The notes beneath the pieces are model-generated. The model did no database searches. It had not been told where the DNA came from and saw only the letters and a list, made by a program, of their open reading frames with translations. A stretch of 62,938 nt of DNA, the filler included, from Thraustochytrium aureum (taxonomy: Eukaryota): the NCBI GenBank assembly GCA_012862495.1. It is 7 parts of 3 records of this genome, joined end to end, with 100 filler letters (N's around TTAATTAATTAA, not from the genome) between each part and the next. Parts side by side here need not be neighbours in the genome. Positions count along the whole stretch, not along the records: positions 1 to 10,982 come from BLSG01000132.1; positions 11,083 to 29,746 come from BLSG01000132.1; 5 more parts are not named here. The stretch is one strand, 5' to 3'. The position numbers were made by a program, and so were the translations under genes. Positions 1-12,423 of this stretch are shown piece after piece. How positions within the stretch are numbered: the first letter of the stretch is position 1; each line of letters starts with the position of its first letter.

Positions 1-446
1 TGTTCAATTGAAATTCTTGATTTTGAAACTGATTGGGAGAAAGGTGGCGTGGCGCAGGGTTTTCTTTCCCGTTGTCATTTTCAAGAAATTAAGATGATTG
101 ATCGAGTTGCACTTGCGGGCCATGTGCGCCGATGGACGCGGGCCGACGGCGCGCAGGCGCGCCTGCGTCGGTGGGGGGAGTGGTTTGGGTTTTGCGTGTT
201 TGTATTTCGTTGTTGTTGGGAGCTAGCTTGGTTGGTTGCAGCGTGGGGGAGTAAGGTTCAATTTGGTCGGTGTCTGCCTGCGGCAACGCGTCGGCCGCGC
301 TCGGCGTCGCTCGTGGCCGTTGTTGGCCGTGCTTGGCGTCGGTCGCGCGCGGCGACGGCAGTTCTTGACGTCGGTCGTCCAGGGCCCGCCCGCGCTGCGA
401 GAAAGCGAGCGCCTGCGGGTTCTCTCACTTGAACTTGACTCGGGGC

Positions 447-2299
447 TCAAATGAGGTAGACGAAGACGAACGAGAGCGTCATGAGGTTGAAGAGCCAAAT
501 GGCCACCATGAAGAGCAGCGAGCCCTCGACCGTGAAGGCGTCCTGCTTGATCTGGCCGGATGCATCCTCGTCGGGCGGGAAGACCTGGTAGGTCGCAAAG
601 TGGCGCAGGAGCTGGTCCTTGCGCTCCCACCGCTTGTCAAGCCAAGCCTGCACGCCGCCGGGGAAGAGGTGATGTCGTCTGGGCTGAACAGCTTCGAATC
701 GATGTGGACGTTGTTGGACGAAGTCCCATTGAGCAGGTTCTTGTACGTGGGAAGGCGCTTGTCCGCGGACATTTGCTTCTCGTTCTCAGGCAGATCCCCG
801 CTAAAGCCCCTCGTAGGCAACTGTAAAGTCAAAAACCTGCACGTTCGGGCGCCCCTCAAGCTTTTCAAGCACCGCGGCGAGCTCGTTGGCGTCCGGCAAG
901 AGGAGCAGGTCCAGGCTCGGCCGGCTCTCGTTGGCCTCGTCCTCGTCCTGCTTGGCAATCGCGCGCTTGTTGGGCCAGCCGCGCTCGGGAAAGAGAACGG
1001 CCCACTCGTACGCCTCGTCGGCCACGACGCGCTGCACGTGCTTGGCGATGCGCTTGCGGTCCAGCTCCTGGCGGTCCTCCTTGGGCTTGCGGGACAGGAA
1101 GAGGAAGCCGAAGAGGTCGAACACGGTGCCGAGGCCAAGCAGCTGGTTGCGCTCCTCGCTGCTGACAAACCCCTTGACGTGGCCGTGCGACTCGTCGATC
1201 GCCTTGGCGAGCATCATGGTGTAGATGAGGTCGCACTCGCACATCGAGTTGAGCAGCACGACGCGCACCGGCGGGGCGCGCGCCTTGGAGCGCCGCTTGG
1301 ACGACCGCTTCGAGGAGGATCGGCGCTCTGCCTTGGTCAGCGAGAGGTGCGCCGCCGGGATGTCCCCAGTGACTTGAAAAAGCAGCGGGGGCGCCATCCA
1401 GACGACGGCATCGAGCCAGACCGTCTGGAACGCGTCCGCGACCTTGCGCTTGACCCAGCTTGGGGCTACCCCAGCCTTCAGGAGTGACTTGAAGAAGCCG
1501 CCGACCATGGTCGTCGACAGGGTCGCCGCGATGGCGCCGACTGTGCGCGCGGTGGCTTGCACCTCGGGGGGGAGCTTGCGCGCCTCCTTGTTGGCCGAGG
1601 CCCACAGCCTGGAGGCCTGCGACAGGTTATTCTGCCCGCGGTTCTTGCGTTTGCGGGTGGCCTGCTGCGCCTGGAGCGAGTTGGCCAGGTCGAGGGCGGC
1701 GCCAGAACCGACGCGGTCGCCCATAGTGCTGTATTCGCGCAGCACCTGCGACGAGGACGTGAGTTTCGTGGAGGCGGAGATCTGGATGGCGCGGTTGAGC
1801 GCACTCACCCAGCTGCGCGCTTCCTCCAGGTCTCGGCCCGGAACACGAGTACCTGGTCGCGGAGGGTGGAGGCGTCGGCCTCGTCGTCCGAGGACTCGAA
1901 GCCAAAGCCCATCTCAAACTCCTCCTCGTTCTCCTTCTCCTTCAACTTGGCTTTCGCGGGGGACACGGTCGAGGGGGGCTCGACGCCGAGCCAAGTCAGC
2001 GCAAAGTCGGCCGAGTCGTCCACAGGAACGACGTGCTTGATGGCGGAGAGCATGACCTCGAGGCGCTTCTCCCCTGAGGCGTGCTCCAGAGGCTGTACGA
2101 TGAGCTTTTGGTTGTCGATGAAGACGCTGTTGGGCGCCCACTCGCCGATGACCTTGTTCAAAAAGTACTTGTCGCGCTTGCGCACGCGCTGGCCGATTCG
2201 CCGCCGCGTCTTGAGCTTGCCGCTCTTGATCACCGACTGCGTCAGCGACTTCATCTTCTGCTCCCACATCTCCTCCGGCGACGCCGTGTGGGTCGCCAT
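447..2299 (-). CDS. PH-domain + LPAAT/LCLAT1-family acyltransferase-like protein with C-terminal TM helix (3 apparent frameshifts)
   Basis: Joining ORFs 1805..2356, 801..1808, 479..1168 and 447..653 gives a PH-like N-terminus (KSGKLKTRRR...VLVFRAET[L]EEARSWVSALNRAI), then acyltransferase-like blocks NSMCECD, FGFLFLSR, LFPERG, VFDFTVAYEG and WLDKRWERKDQLLRHF, then a hydrophobic tail. Confidence 0.7.
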
Positions 2300-3011
2300 C
2301 TCCTCGCCCTGCGCCAGCCGCCGCCGCCCAGTCCCTCGCGTCCACGTCAGGTCCAAGTGATGAGCACACGCGCACGCACGAGAGCCGCGCTGAGGTCGGG
2401 GTGGAGCTCGTGCCGGGGCAACTTTTCACCCAAGCCGAAGCAGCTCTCGCGTCCCCCTTCTCCCGCGTTCTCTGCTGCGCTNNNNNNNNNNNNNNNNNNN
2501 NNNNNNNNNNNNNNNNNNNNNNNNNNNNNNNNNNNNNNNNNNNNNNNNNNNNNNNNNNNNNNNNNNNNNNNNNNNNNNNNNNNNNNNNNNNNNNNNNNNN
2601 NNNNNNNNNNNNNNNNNNNNNNNNNNNNNNNNNNNNNNNNNNNNNNNNNNNNNNNNNNNNNNNNNNNNNNNNNNNNNNNNNNNNNNNNNNNNNNNNNNNN
2701 NNNNNNNNNNNNNNNNNNNNNNNNNNNNNNNNNNNNNNNNNNNNNNNNNNNNNNNNNNNNNNNNNNNNNNNNNNNNNNNNAAGCACTTTCTCGACAGGAG
2801 CGCGAGGCTCGAGCACACAACCTTCCTCGCGGCGAAGAGCTCCCCGCGTTCGTTCAATTGCTCGCGCGCTCCTCCATGACGCCGTCGTCCGGCACAGGCC
2901 GATCAAACGTCCGGGAAAGCGCCAGCGCCACCGTCGTCCACGGTCGTTCTCGACGAGAAGAATCGCTGCGGCCAGCCTGCCAGCGCTCCACGCGTGAAGC
3001 GAAAGCTGACG

Positions 3012-4741
3012 TTAACGCTGCGAACAGAGTGGATGGCCGGCAGCGTCATGAACGACGACGGCCTTTGAGGCAGACTGCCGTCTGTTTGACGGGGCACGGC
3101 CGGCGCTCTGCTGCCAAGGCGGCGGAGCGAGCATGAAGCCGTCGCTGCCCCGGGAGCCCCCGGCACTCGAGCTCCCAATGGAGCTCACGAATGACGAAGC
3201 CGAAGACTGCTTGCCCGAATTGCGCCCGCTCGCAGGGCGCCCACTCGCAGCGCGCCTGCTGCGGCGCCGCGAATAAAGCCCAAGAAGGACAAGGCCAACC
3301 ACAGACCCAGCTATGGCGCCAGCGATCCCACCGATGCCCGTCCCCTGGTCTGTGGCAGAGCCTTCCTTGCCCTCTCCATGATCAGCATTCTCCGCACTTT
3401 CGGGTGCAGGTGCAGCAGAGCTGGGCGGCGAAATCCCGGCCGATGGCGACGGTGCCGGAGACGCGGCGGGTGGCTCGGTAAGGGACTCGGTCGGCGACGC
3501 AACTGGCGACGCGACGGGCGGCGCGACCGGCGGGCTCGTTGGCCCACCTGCCACCCTGCTGTCCTTTCTCGAGTGAATCAGGTAACGGCCGCTCGCTGCG
3601 CTCTGTAGCTCGAGAACGGCCGTGCAGACCTCTCCAACGCACCCAACTGCAGTATTCGAGACGGTCCCAGTCGGAGTGACAATTGGAGTTGCGGCAGTCC
3701 AGTCCAGGCCCGCGTTGTACGTATCAATGAACAACGCCGTGCCAGTACTACGCCCCCACACAACTGTGCAGGTAGTTGAGGACCCGCACGCCACGGAGGG
3801 ATTGCTCTGTGCAATGCCCGGCTCGTTGTGTACCGCGCTGGCAGCTGAAAAGGTCTGACCGCTGTTCGATGTTACTGCAACCTCGATCCACGGCGAAACC
3901 GTTGCTGCAGAAACGCGATTTGCGATCACACAAACGCTGCCGCTCGCGCAGGCCACATTCGGCGCAAAAACGGTCAGCTCACCGCCTTGTGCCGCACCAA
4001 TCGCAAATGTGGACTGGCCTACGAGTTTTGAACTACTCCACGAAGCGCCCTTGTTCGTGCTTTGCGCATAAAACACGCGCATCGCCGCGCTGCCTTGCTG
4101 CCTTCCGGTCCAGGCAGTGACGCACAGACTGCCCGAAGGCGTGCAGCTAATATCCGCCAAGGCCGATTCGTTGCTTGAGGAAAAGGCGCTCACGCCGTTC
4201 CAGGACTGGCCGGCGTCGACGCTCCGAATCACAATGCGGGTCCCGACGTTCGCGTTGCCAACTGTGCTCAAGATGCATATGGAGTCCAGCGCCGGCTGCG
4301 CGGGGCCGCTTGGTCCGTAGACGCAGGCCACTCTGGGGCGCATCGGGTTGCCACTGTTTTGAACGTTTATGGGGATGTCATTCCCTGAGGACCACGTCGC
4401 GCCAGAGTCGGTAGACCTTGATGTTCGGACCTGGTTGGCACTGGTGAGCCATACGGCTACGCAAAGGGCGCCGCTGTCGCCGTCAAGGCACGACACGGCA
4501 GCGTCGGAGCTCCCTGTTGAGCTAGCTAGCGACCGCGGGACGCCGTACGTGGTGCCGGAGTCGAGCGACGCGGCCGCCTTCAAAACCCCGCTCGCTTCCG
4601 CGATCGCCACGCAAACTTGTTCGGAGTGCAAGACACATGGGGCTCAAGCGCGGTGGCCGCGGCCAGCTGCGTCGAGCCCTCGAACGCGGATGCCGGCCCA
4701 AGAAGGCAGGCGACAGCAGCAAACACCAGTGAACGCTGCAT
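3012..4741 (-). CDS. Type I membrane protein with BNR/Asp-box repeats (sialidase-like beta-propeller); one frameshift near 4625
   Basis: Signal peptide MQRSLVFAAVACLLGPASA; Asp-boxes SLDSGTTY, STDSGATW, SVDAGQSW, STNKGASW, TSNSGQTF, TYNAGLDW; Pro/Ser-rich stalk; TM GIAGAIAGSVVGLVLLGLY followed by SRRR. Confidence 0.75.
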
Positions 4742-5956
4742 AGCACCGCGCTGGAAAACCCTGAAGATCAACGGCTTGGCCGGGCTTGCCGGGCCGAGCC
4801 GGCCGCAAAGGGGCTGTGCAGCAAGCCAGGGCCCGCCGATCGCCACGGCCTTGATTGTCGCAGCTGGCTGCAGGAGGATTCGTTGCGGGTTTGGCGAGCG
4901 AGGGAGTTCCGTCCGAAAATAGAGGGCAAGACTGCTCCGGCCAACCGAGCGCGTTTGCCCCGCAATAGATTCACCCTTTGCGAAACTTGGCGTGCGCGTG
5001 TCGTGCAACTCGCAAATTCAACGAGCACAATGCGTGGAGCACACGTAGGAACTCGCGATGCATCGATCGATCCAATTGTGGTCGACCAACGCAACGCAAC
5101 ACTGGCTGGTAACATGCGCGCGGCGCTCGCCAATTCGCGCCCAATTGTGCACGCTCGGCCTCGCTCGTTGACGAGAGTCATCAGCGAGGTCGGGGGGCGG
5201 CGACAAGTTCGCAATTCTCGGTTTTGACACTCGGGAAGGCTGAAATGGACAGGTTCGACAGCCCACTGAACACCCACCCATTTTAAGCCAGCCGCCTGGC
5301 CACCGTGCTCGCATGGCTGCCGAGGCTCGGATTGCGCTGCAGCAAGGCNNNNNNNNNNNNNNNNNNNNNNNNNNNNNNNNNNNNNNNNNNNNNNNNNNNN
5401 NNNNNNNNNNNNNNNNNNNNNNNNNNNNNNNNNNNNNNNNNNNNNNNNNNNNNNNNNNNNNNNNNNNNNNNNNNNNNNNNNNNNNNNNNNNNNNNNNNNN
5501 NNNNNNNNNNNNNNNNNNNNNNNNNNNNNNNNNNNNNNNNNNNNNNNNNNNNNNNNNNNNNNNNNNNNNNNNNNNNNNNNNNNNNNNNNNNNNNNNNNNN
5601 NNNNNNNNNNNNNNNNNNNNNNNNNNNNNNNNNNNNNNNNNNNNNNNNNNNNNNNNNNNNNNNNNNNNNNNNNNNNNNNNNNNNNNNNNNNNNNNNNNNN
5701 NNNNNNNNNNNNNNNNNNNNNNNNNNNNNNNNNNNNNNNNNNNNNNNNNNNNNNNNNNNNNNNNNNNNNNNNNNNNNNNNNNNNNNNNNNNNNNNNNNNN
5801 NNNNNNNNNNNNNNNNNNNNNNNNNNNNNNNNNNGTAGCTGCGGCCACGAGGGCCTGGCTGTGCACAAGTAGCGGCGGGCGCGGGCGGGCGGCGGCTTGT
5901 GTCGTCGAGATCGGGCGCGGCAGGCACTGCGAGGACCGGCCGGCCTGGCGGCGGCG

Positions 5957-7908
5957 ATGGACGCCGCGCCGCCCACGGACAGAGCGCGTGGGGAGGAGGG
6001 CGCTGGACGCAAGGAGGCCAAGGGGACGCGCAACGAGCTGCGCGCGAGGCGGCAGTCGCTGGTGGAGAAGAGCAAACATGCGTACAGCCTCTCGGTGCAT
6101 GACCTGGATTTTACCGGGCTGCCGGCCAGGGCGGGGTACCTGCGCAAGGAGAATCGCCACGGCCGCTGGCAGAAGCGGTACTTTGTGATCAACAACGCGT
6201 ACCTGAACTACTACAACCACAAAAAGTCGTTCACGCCAGGCAACAAGTCTAGCCTCTCAGCCTCGATCGACTTGCGCAACGCGAGCCACATCTGCGTTCT
6301 AGCGCGCAACGGCGTTGCGGGCTCAAAGTTTGCCATACAGACGGTGCGAGCCGCCTCCGTGGCTCACCAAGAAGACTGCTTCTTCCTGCGCGCGAGCTCG
6401 CACGTGGAGGCAGCCTCCTGGGTGGCCGCGCTCAACGCCCGGCGGGCCTACTTTCTCCGCCAGCGCGGGGAGTGCCTGCAAGACGACGGCAACGCACAAG
6501 GCGAGGACGCGTCAGACTTGGAGGGAGGCCATCGCCTCTGGACGCACTTGCGTGCGCGTGCCAGAGGGCGACGAAAACGAGGCAAACGGCGGCGAGGTGG
6601 ACGGTACCTCTGGGGGCGCGTCCAGCGAGGCGCGCAACACCTCACCTCTGGCAGAGACGCGGGTCGCGTCGTCCCCCTCCTTGTCTGATCAAGACGGCTG
6701 GTGGGTCGAGGGCGGCACGGACGACGAGGGCTTTGTCACGGGGGACGAGGGCAGCAGCAGCGACTCTGACGAGTCTGCATCGACCAACTCGGAGGACGCC
6801 GGCAACGAGCAAGTGAGCTCTGTTCTGCATTGTTGCTCGCTCGAGGAGATGGAAGAATCGGCGCTCACGAGCACCCCCGCGACGCTCCCGCGCGAGAACT
6901 GGAAGCAGCCCGAATCGCACAAGCTGCGCGTTCGTGGTCCGACCTATCTGGAGGACGGCAAGAAGGCGCTCGCGGGGGAGCCCATGTTTCGCGTCGTCGC
7001 GGTGGACAATTTCGTCACCAAGGGTCGCGTCGACCACATCGCAGCCCACCCGAGCAACCGGGTTGCCCTCGCGTTGCGGCGCGGCGACAAGTTTCCCTTT
7101 CTGTTCGTTGTCAACTTTCAGGTCCCAGGGCCGCCCTTTTACTCGTTCGTGCTGTACTTTGCTGCCACGGCGCGCATGATGGAGGCATTGTTCGGAGCGC
7201 GCCCGCTTCCATGCAAAGACGCCAAGGCTTCTTCAAGCACCCCGGCCGCGTCGGAGGACGATGGGTTCGCGGACGCCGTGGGGACGCAGGCACCGGGCGC
7301 GCCGCCCCCTGGGCCCAGCGAATCAGAGGAGCCCCCGCTGCCGGAGGGTTTCGCGGCGCTTGCAAAACGGTTCTTCTTCGGTGAGGACGACTCGTTCCGC
7401 GACAACCGGTTCAAGCTCATACCGCGCATCGTGGAGGGGCCGTTCATCGTGCGCAAGTCGGTGGGGTCCAAGCCGGCAATCATCGGCCGCAAACTCAAGC
7501 AGCGCTACTTTCGGCACGCAAGCTACATGGAGCTGGATGCCGACATCAACGTGTCCATGGTCGCCGCCAAGCTCACCGCCTGTAAGTCTCCCCCCACGCA
7601 CCCCCGCCCTGGTGCTGCGCGCTTGCACGCTTGTTCGGCCCGCTCGCTGCGCTGTTACTTTGTGATTTAGAGAGAGTGGGAACGGGCGAGCTAACGCCGC
7701 CAGCGGCGACCCGGCAGTGAGTCTCGGGTTTGCCAAGATCTTGCAAGTCGACCTCGCGATGGTCATCGAGGGCTGTGAGGCCAGCGAGCTCCCCGAGTTG
7801 GTCCTGGGCGTCTGCCGGGTGGTGCACCCAAACTTTTCCGCGGCAACCGCGCTTGAAGAGGGGGAGGGCGAAGAGGAGGGCGTTGGTGCAGGGACGGCGT
7901 CGGCTTGA
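5957..7908 (+). CDS. PH domain + EDR2 C-terminal (DUF1336-like) protein; frameshift near 6520; intron 7582-7717
   Basis: PH: AGYLRKENRHGRWQKRYFVI...AASWVAALN. EDR2_C-like: RVRGPTYLEDGKK, FVVNFQVPG, RFKLIPRIVEGPFIVRKSVG, ELPELVLG. Removing GTAAGT..CTAAC..CAG restores the frame. Confidence 0.85.
7582..7717 (+). other. Spliceosomal intron
   Basis: GTAAGT donor, CTAAC branch site at 7691, CAG acceptor; splicing gives ...KLTA-L-SLGFAKILQVDL. Confidence 0.85.
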
Positions 7909-8550
7909 TGCTCTCTTTTCGCCACCCGAGCCTGGCGCCGTCGTTCGTTCCTGATCTTAGCGGCAAGGCGCAAACTGTCGCCTTAGCTTGTTGTCTTTCC
8001 ATTCCATTTTAGAGGTTTTGAATAAAGTAGACCATTCGCTTGTCCTTCAACGAGGCACTTGGCGGCGCGAGCTGGGTGCCATGGTCGCGCCGAGTCTCGA
8101 GATGCGCTCAATGTACTCTACGCGTTGCCCAGATCCTCACCAGGCTGCAGCAGACTGTCGTTGCCGCGCAATGGCGAGAGTCGGCCNNNNNNNNNNNNNN
8201 NNNNNNNNNNNNNNNNNNNNNNNNNNNNNNNNNNNNNNNNNNNNNNNNNNNNNNNNNNNNNNNNNNNNNNNNNNNNNNNNNNNNNNNNNNNNNNNNNNNN
8301 NNNNNNNNNNNNNNNNNNNNNNNNNNNNNNNNNNNNNNNNNNNNNNNNNNNNNNNNNNNNNNNNNNNNNNNNNNNNNNNNNNNNNNNNNNNNNNNNNNNN
8401 NNNNNNNNNNNNNNNNNNNNNNNNNNNNNNNNNNNNNNNNNNNNNNNNNNNNNNNNNNNNNNNNNNNNNNNNNNNNNNNNNNNNNNNNNNNNNNNNNNNN
8501 NNNNNNNNNNNNNNNNNNNNNNNNNNNNNNNNNNNNNNNNNNNNNNNNNN

Positions 8551-10493
8551 GTTGCCTTGAGGGCCGGCGCGGACGCGGCCGCTTTGCTCGGCGGGGCCTC
8601 CTTGATACTGCTGCTCTTCTTGGCCCCGCCGCTGGGCTTGGGCGCGGCCTGTGGCTTGGCATCCCGGATCTCGGCGGCCCGTGCCTCGCGCAGAGCCTTG
8701 GCCTTCGCGGGGCCACGGAGCTTCTTGGCGGGCGAAGCTGCCTCGCATCGGCGCCCTCAGTGGCGGCAGGGCGTTGGCGCTTTTTGTTGAGCTTGGCTTC
8801 GAACTTTTTGCCTCCCTTGCGATCGGCTGGGTCCTTGCGTTCGCCCCGCTTGGGGCTGCTGGCGTTCTTGTCCTTTTTGTTCTTGGATTTCTTCAACTCC
8901 TTGGCCGAGGCCTGCGCGGCGGCCTCCTCCAGGGCCTTCTCGCTGCCCTTGGGCTCGCGGGGGCCCGTGCTGTTGCTCAGTTTCTTCAGCTTGCATAGGA
9001 AGAAGCCGTCCATGTTGTGCACATGCGGGTAAAGACGGCGCGCGTGTTTCATCGAGGGGTGGAACCGGTAGTCGAGGTAGCGCGCGAGCCCGGAGCGGCC
9101 GAACGCAAGTCCAGAGTCGACGATCTTGACGTCGCGCTTCTCGAGGGCGTACTGCACGACCATCTCGTTCTCCTCGGCGGCGACCGAGCAAGTTGAGTAG
9201 ACGATGAACCCGCCTTTGGAGGACTTTGCGTCGACAGAGTCGATGGCGGCCAAGATGAGCTGCTTTTGCAGGTGCGCCGTGGTGCGGATATCGTCGATCG
9301 TGCGGCTGAGTTTGACCGAGGGGTCGCGCTGGATCACACCGAGCCCGGAGCAGGGGGCGTCCAGGAGCACGCGGTCAAATCCGCCCATCACGGTCGGGAA
9401 CTGGCGGCCGTCGTAGTTGCAGTGCACGACGTTGCGGACGCCGAGGCGCGCGCAGTTGGACACGGTCGCGTTCATGCGGTCCTTGTTGTGGTCGTTCGCC
9501 ATGATGAGGCCGGTGTTCTTCATGAGCTGCGCCATGTAGCTCGACTTGCCACCAGGGGCGGAGCCATGTCCAGAATCTTCTCGTTGGGCTGCGGGTCCAG
9601 CGCGAGCACTGGCGCGAAGGACGAAGCGCTCTGCAGAATGTAGTGGCCGGCCAGGTATTCTGGCGTGGCGCCGATCGGGACGGTGGACTCGAAGATCTTG
9701 AGGCCGACGTTGGACCAGTCAGCCAGGGGCTCGAGAGAGACGCCGCGCCCTGTGAGCGTCTTTGCGAGCTCGCGGCGTCTGGCCTTGAGCGTGTTGGTGC
9801 GGATCACCACCGGCCGGGACGTCTCGTTGGCCTCCAGGAACTCGACCATTTCGTCCGGCGAGAAGAGCCGCAGGAACATCTCGATCAGGTTTGGCAGGTA
9901 GCCGTAGAACCGGGCGCAGTCCTTGACCAGCTGCTCGATAAAGTCGGAGCGCGACTGCCCCTTTTTGGCCAGCTTGCGGAAGTTGTTGAGGAACCCCAGC
10001 AGCTCCTTGATGCGCTTTTGCACGGTAGCGTGGTCCTCCTCCTCTTCGCCTTCCCCGGGCAGTTGAAACACCTCCATGACCTTGTCGAGCTCTTCGTCCG
10101 ACTCGTCTGCGTCCTCCGCGCCGCTCTGCATCTCGGCGTCGGACCCGGCATCAGAGCCCGACTCGGAGCCGGGTCCCTTGTGCCTGAACCCTGCGGCGAC
10201 GTCCTGCTCCTCGTCGCTCGAGCCTTCGTCTTCAGACCCGTCGAACATGACTTTGCCCGGTCCGCGTTCATCCTCCGACGAGGAGGCCTCGGCTTGCAGC
10301 TCCTCGCGTCGGCCTTGATCTTTTTGCCGCCCTTCCGTCCGCGGGTGACCACGACCTCGTCTTCCTCCTCGTCCTCCTCGTCCACCATCGGCACCGCCGG
10401 CTCGCGCTCCACCTCTTCGAGCTCCTTCTTGGCACGTCCACGGCCTGCGCCGGCCTTGCGTCCAGCAGTCGCGGCCGCGCCCTTCCGCGCCAT
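8551..10493 (-). CDS. NOP2: 25S/28S rRNA m5C methyltransferase NOP2/NSUN1 (3' end runs into gap; frameshifts near 10310, 9560, 8760)
   Basis: FLEANETSRPVVIRTNTLK, IGATPEYLAGHYILQ, LDMA[S]APGGK, FDRVLLDAPCSGLG, VYSTCS, ENEMVV, YPHVHNMDGFF. Confidence 0.95.
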
Positions 10494-10714
10494 TCTCAGC
10501 CAAGCTCGACTCGCTCCAACACGGCTCCAATCCTGCTCTGCTCGCGAGGCTGGCGCTGCCTTCGACGGTGTCCTGGAGCTCCCTGCGGTACTGCTGGACT
10601 CGCGTGACTTGCTCGAGGCGCTCGCGGCAAAACGTGTTGGTTGGCTCTGGCGAATCGAGCAACCACGAAGGACGCAGGACGGTCTGCCTGCCGCGCAACC
10701 GCATCGCATCCTTC

Positions 10715-10717
10715 CTG

Positions 10718-10748
<31 letters not shown>

Positions 10749-10762
10749 CAGGTCTGCCTGCT
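10715..10762 (+). repeat. (GCCT)n microsatellite upstream of NOP2
   Basis: Directly visible tandem tetranucleotide. Confidence 0.85.
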
Positions 10763-10982
10763 GGTCTGCGCGCGGCGGTTGTGCGAGGTGGCGTTGCTGG
10801 TCGATGCCACGGTGCGCGATTCGCTGGCTTGCGCGGATCGTCGTTGTGGTGGGCGTGGATGGAGCCGAGGGTGTGCTCGACCATGTGGCGCTGCGCCTTT
10901 CGAGCGGCCACAAGGGACTCGGGACGGACCAGGCCGCCTGGCGCGGTCGTGGGCAAGAGGCTTTGGCTGTGTAGTTGGTCCA

Positions 10983-11082
10983 NNNNNNNNNNNNNNNNNN
11001 NNNNNNNNNNNNNNNNNNNNNNNNNNTTAATTAATTAANNNNNNNNNNNNNNNNNNNNNNNNNNNNNNNNNNNNNNNNNNNN
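10983..11082. other. Artificial scaffold linker N44-TTAATTAATTAA-N44
   Basis: Six-frame stop 12-mer at 11027-11038 flanked by 44 N on each side. Confidence 0.97.
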
Positions 11083-11108
11083 CCCTGGTCTGAGGTTCCG
11101 GCTGACAA

Positions 11109-11915
11109 CTACTTGGACGGCCCGGCTTTGGCCTTGGCAGCGGCCGCAACCCGCCGGTCCTCCAGAAACTCATCGAACTCCATCGTGCACTTGCTGCTCT
11201 GGTAGCGGACAAGGGAGACAGTGGCGAGCAAGGCGTCAGTGACCGCGCCCCGAAATCCAGCCTTGCGAACCAGCGCTTTGAGGGCTTGCTCCTTATCCCA
11301 GCCTTGCTCCCCCATCACCTCGGGCAGGAAGGTTCCCGAACGCGTGGTGCCAGAGGCAGGGTCGGAAAAGGTGATCCTGATCCCGTGTTTGCCAACCTCC
11401 CAGTCAAAGGCATCCGAGGCTTGCTCAAACGCTACCAGAAGAGACACGCTGACGGAGAGAACCCCCACTTCGTGCTTGCGGATCGGCGGGAATCGGTCGT
11501 CGTTGATGGCGCTCGTGAGCGCGTACTCGCGCAACCCGGAGCCGAGCACGAGGTCGGAAAAGTTGCCGATGCACCCGCGCAGGTTGTACTCGCCACCAAA
11601 CTCAGACCGCCGCTTCCACGTCACAAACAACGGGGCCTTCGCGTCCCTCTCAGGAAAGGTCGCCTCGGGGAGCGGCTCGCCGTTCAGCTTGGCCAGCAGC
11701 GTATCAAAGCAAAACCTGGGCCGAGCCCGCCAACCTTGTCAGTGCATTCCCGCCGCAGCCGCGCCGTTGCCCCATGCGCCCACTCACCTGCACTGCTCCT
11801 TCGTCGCCTGCACGCCGGACCCCCCATCAGCTGCCTGCGGGGCGGTCGCGCCATTCTGGCCGTCGTCGTTGACCTTGTTCGCCCCCAAGTCTGCCACGGT
11901 GACCACGGCCGCCAT
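11109..11915 (-). CDS. AMMECR1: AMMECR1-domain protein; intron 11716-11787
   Basis: FCFDTL, PLFVTW, LRGCIGNFS, YALTSAINDDRFPPI, DWEVGKHGI, TFLPEV; GTGAGT..CTGAC..CAG intron. Confidence 0.92.
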
Positions 11916-12423
11916 GACGCGGTCCTGCACGCTCGACGCTGCGCGTCAACGACGCCGTGTCCAATGCCGCTCGTGGCGCTCGTGCCGGCGCTGGCGCAAG
12001 ACGCGGCCCGAGTCTGGACGAGTCTATCGGCGTGCGAGTCGCTCTGGAAGCGGAAAGGGTCTGCTTCGTGTTGGGCTCGAACGTGCCGAGTTTGGACTTT
12101 TCCTCCTTTTTTTTTGCTTCTTCGTTGCGCCACGCCGGCCGAGATGGACGTAGCCGCCGCCGCCGCGCTGGCAGCGCAGCGCTGCGCAGTCGCGGGCTTG
12201 AGCTAGCTGGCGAGCTGCGTTTCTGGCGATGGCGCCCTGGACTTCCTTGCCATCGCGGAGTCTGCTTGCTCCGTCGAGGCTGGGTTGGCCGCAAAATTGG
12301 ACGCCCGCGGGCGGCATGATGGCGCAACGCTGCCGCTAGCCCGCGGGCCACGGGAAGAAGGATGGGGTAAGGAAGGGGTTTTGCGTTGGCGGGCACGGCA
12401 TGGGCACGCGCATGGAGGCGTCT

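Noticed and set aside
1782..1808. 27-nt micro-intron GTGAGT...CAG on the minus strand
   Set aside because: The segment encodes the PH C-terminal helix WVSALNRAIQ; a single missing C upstream explains the frame break better.
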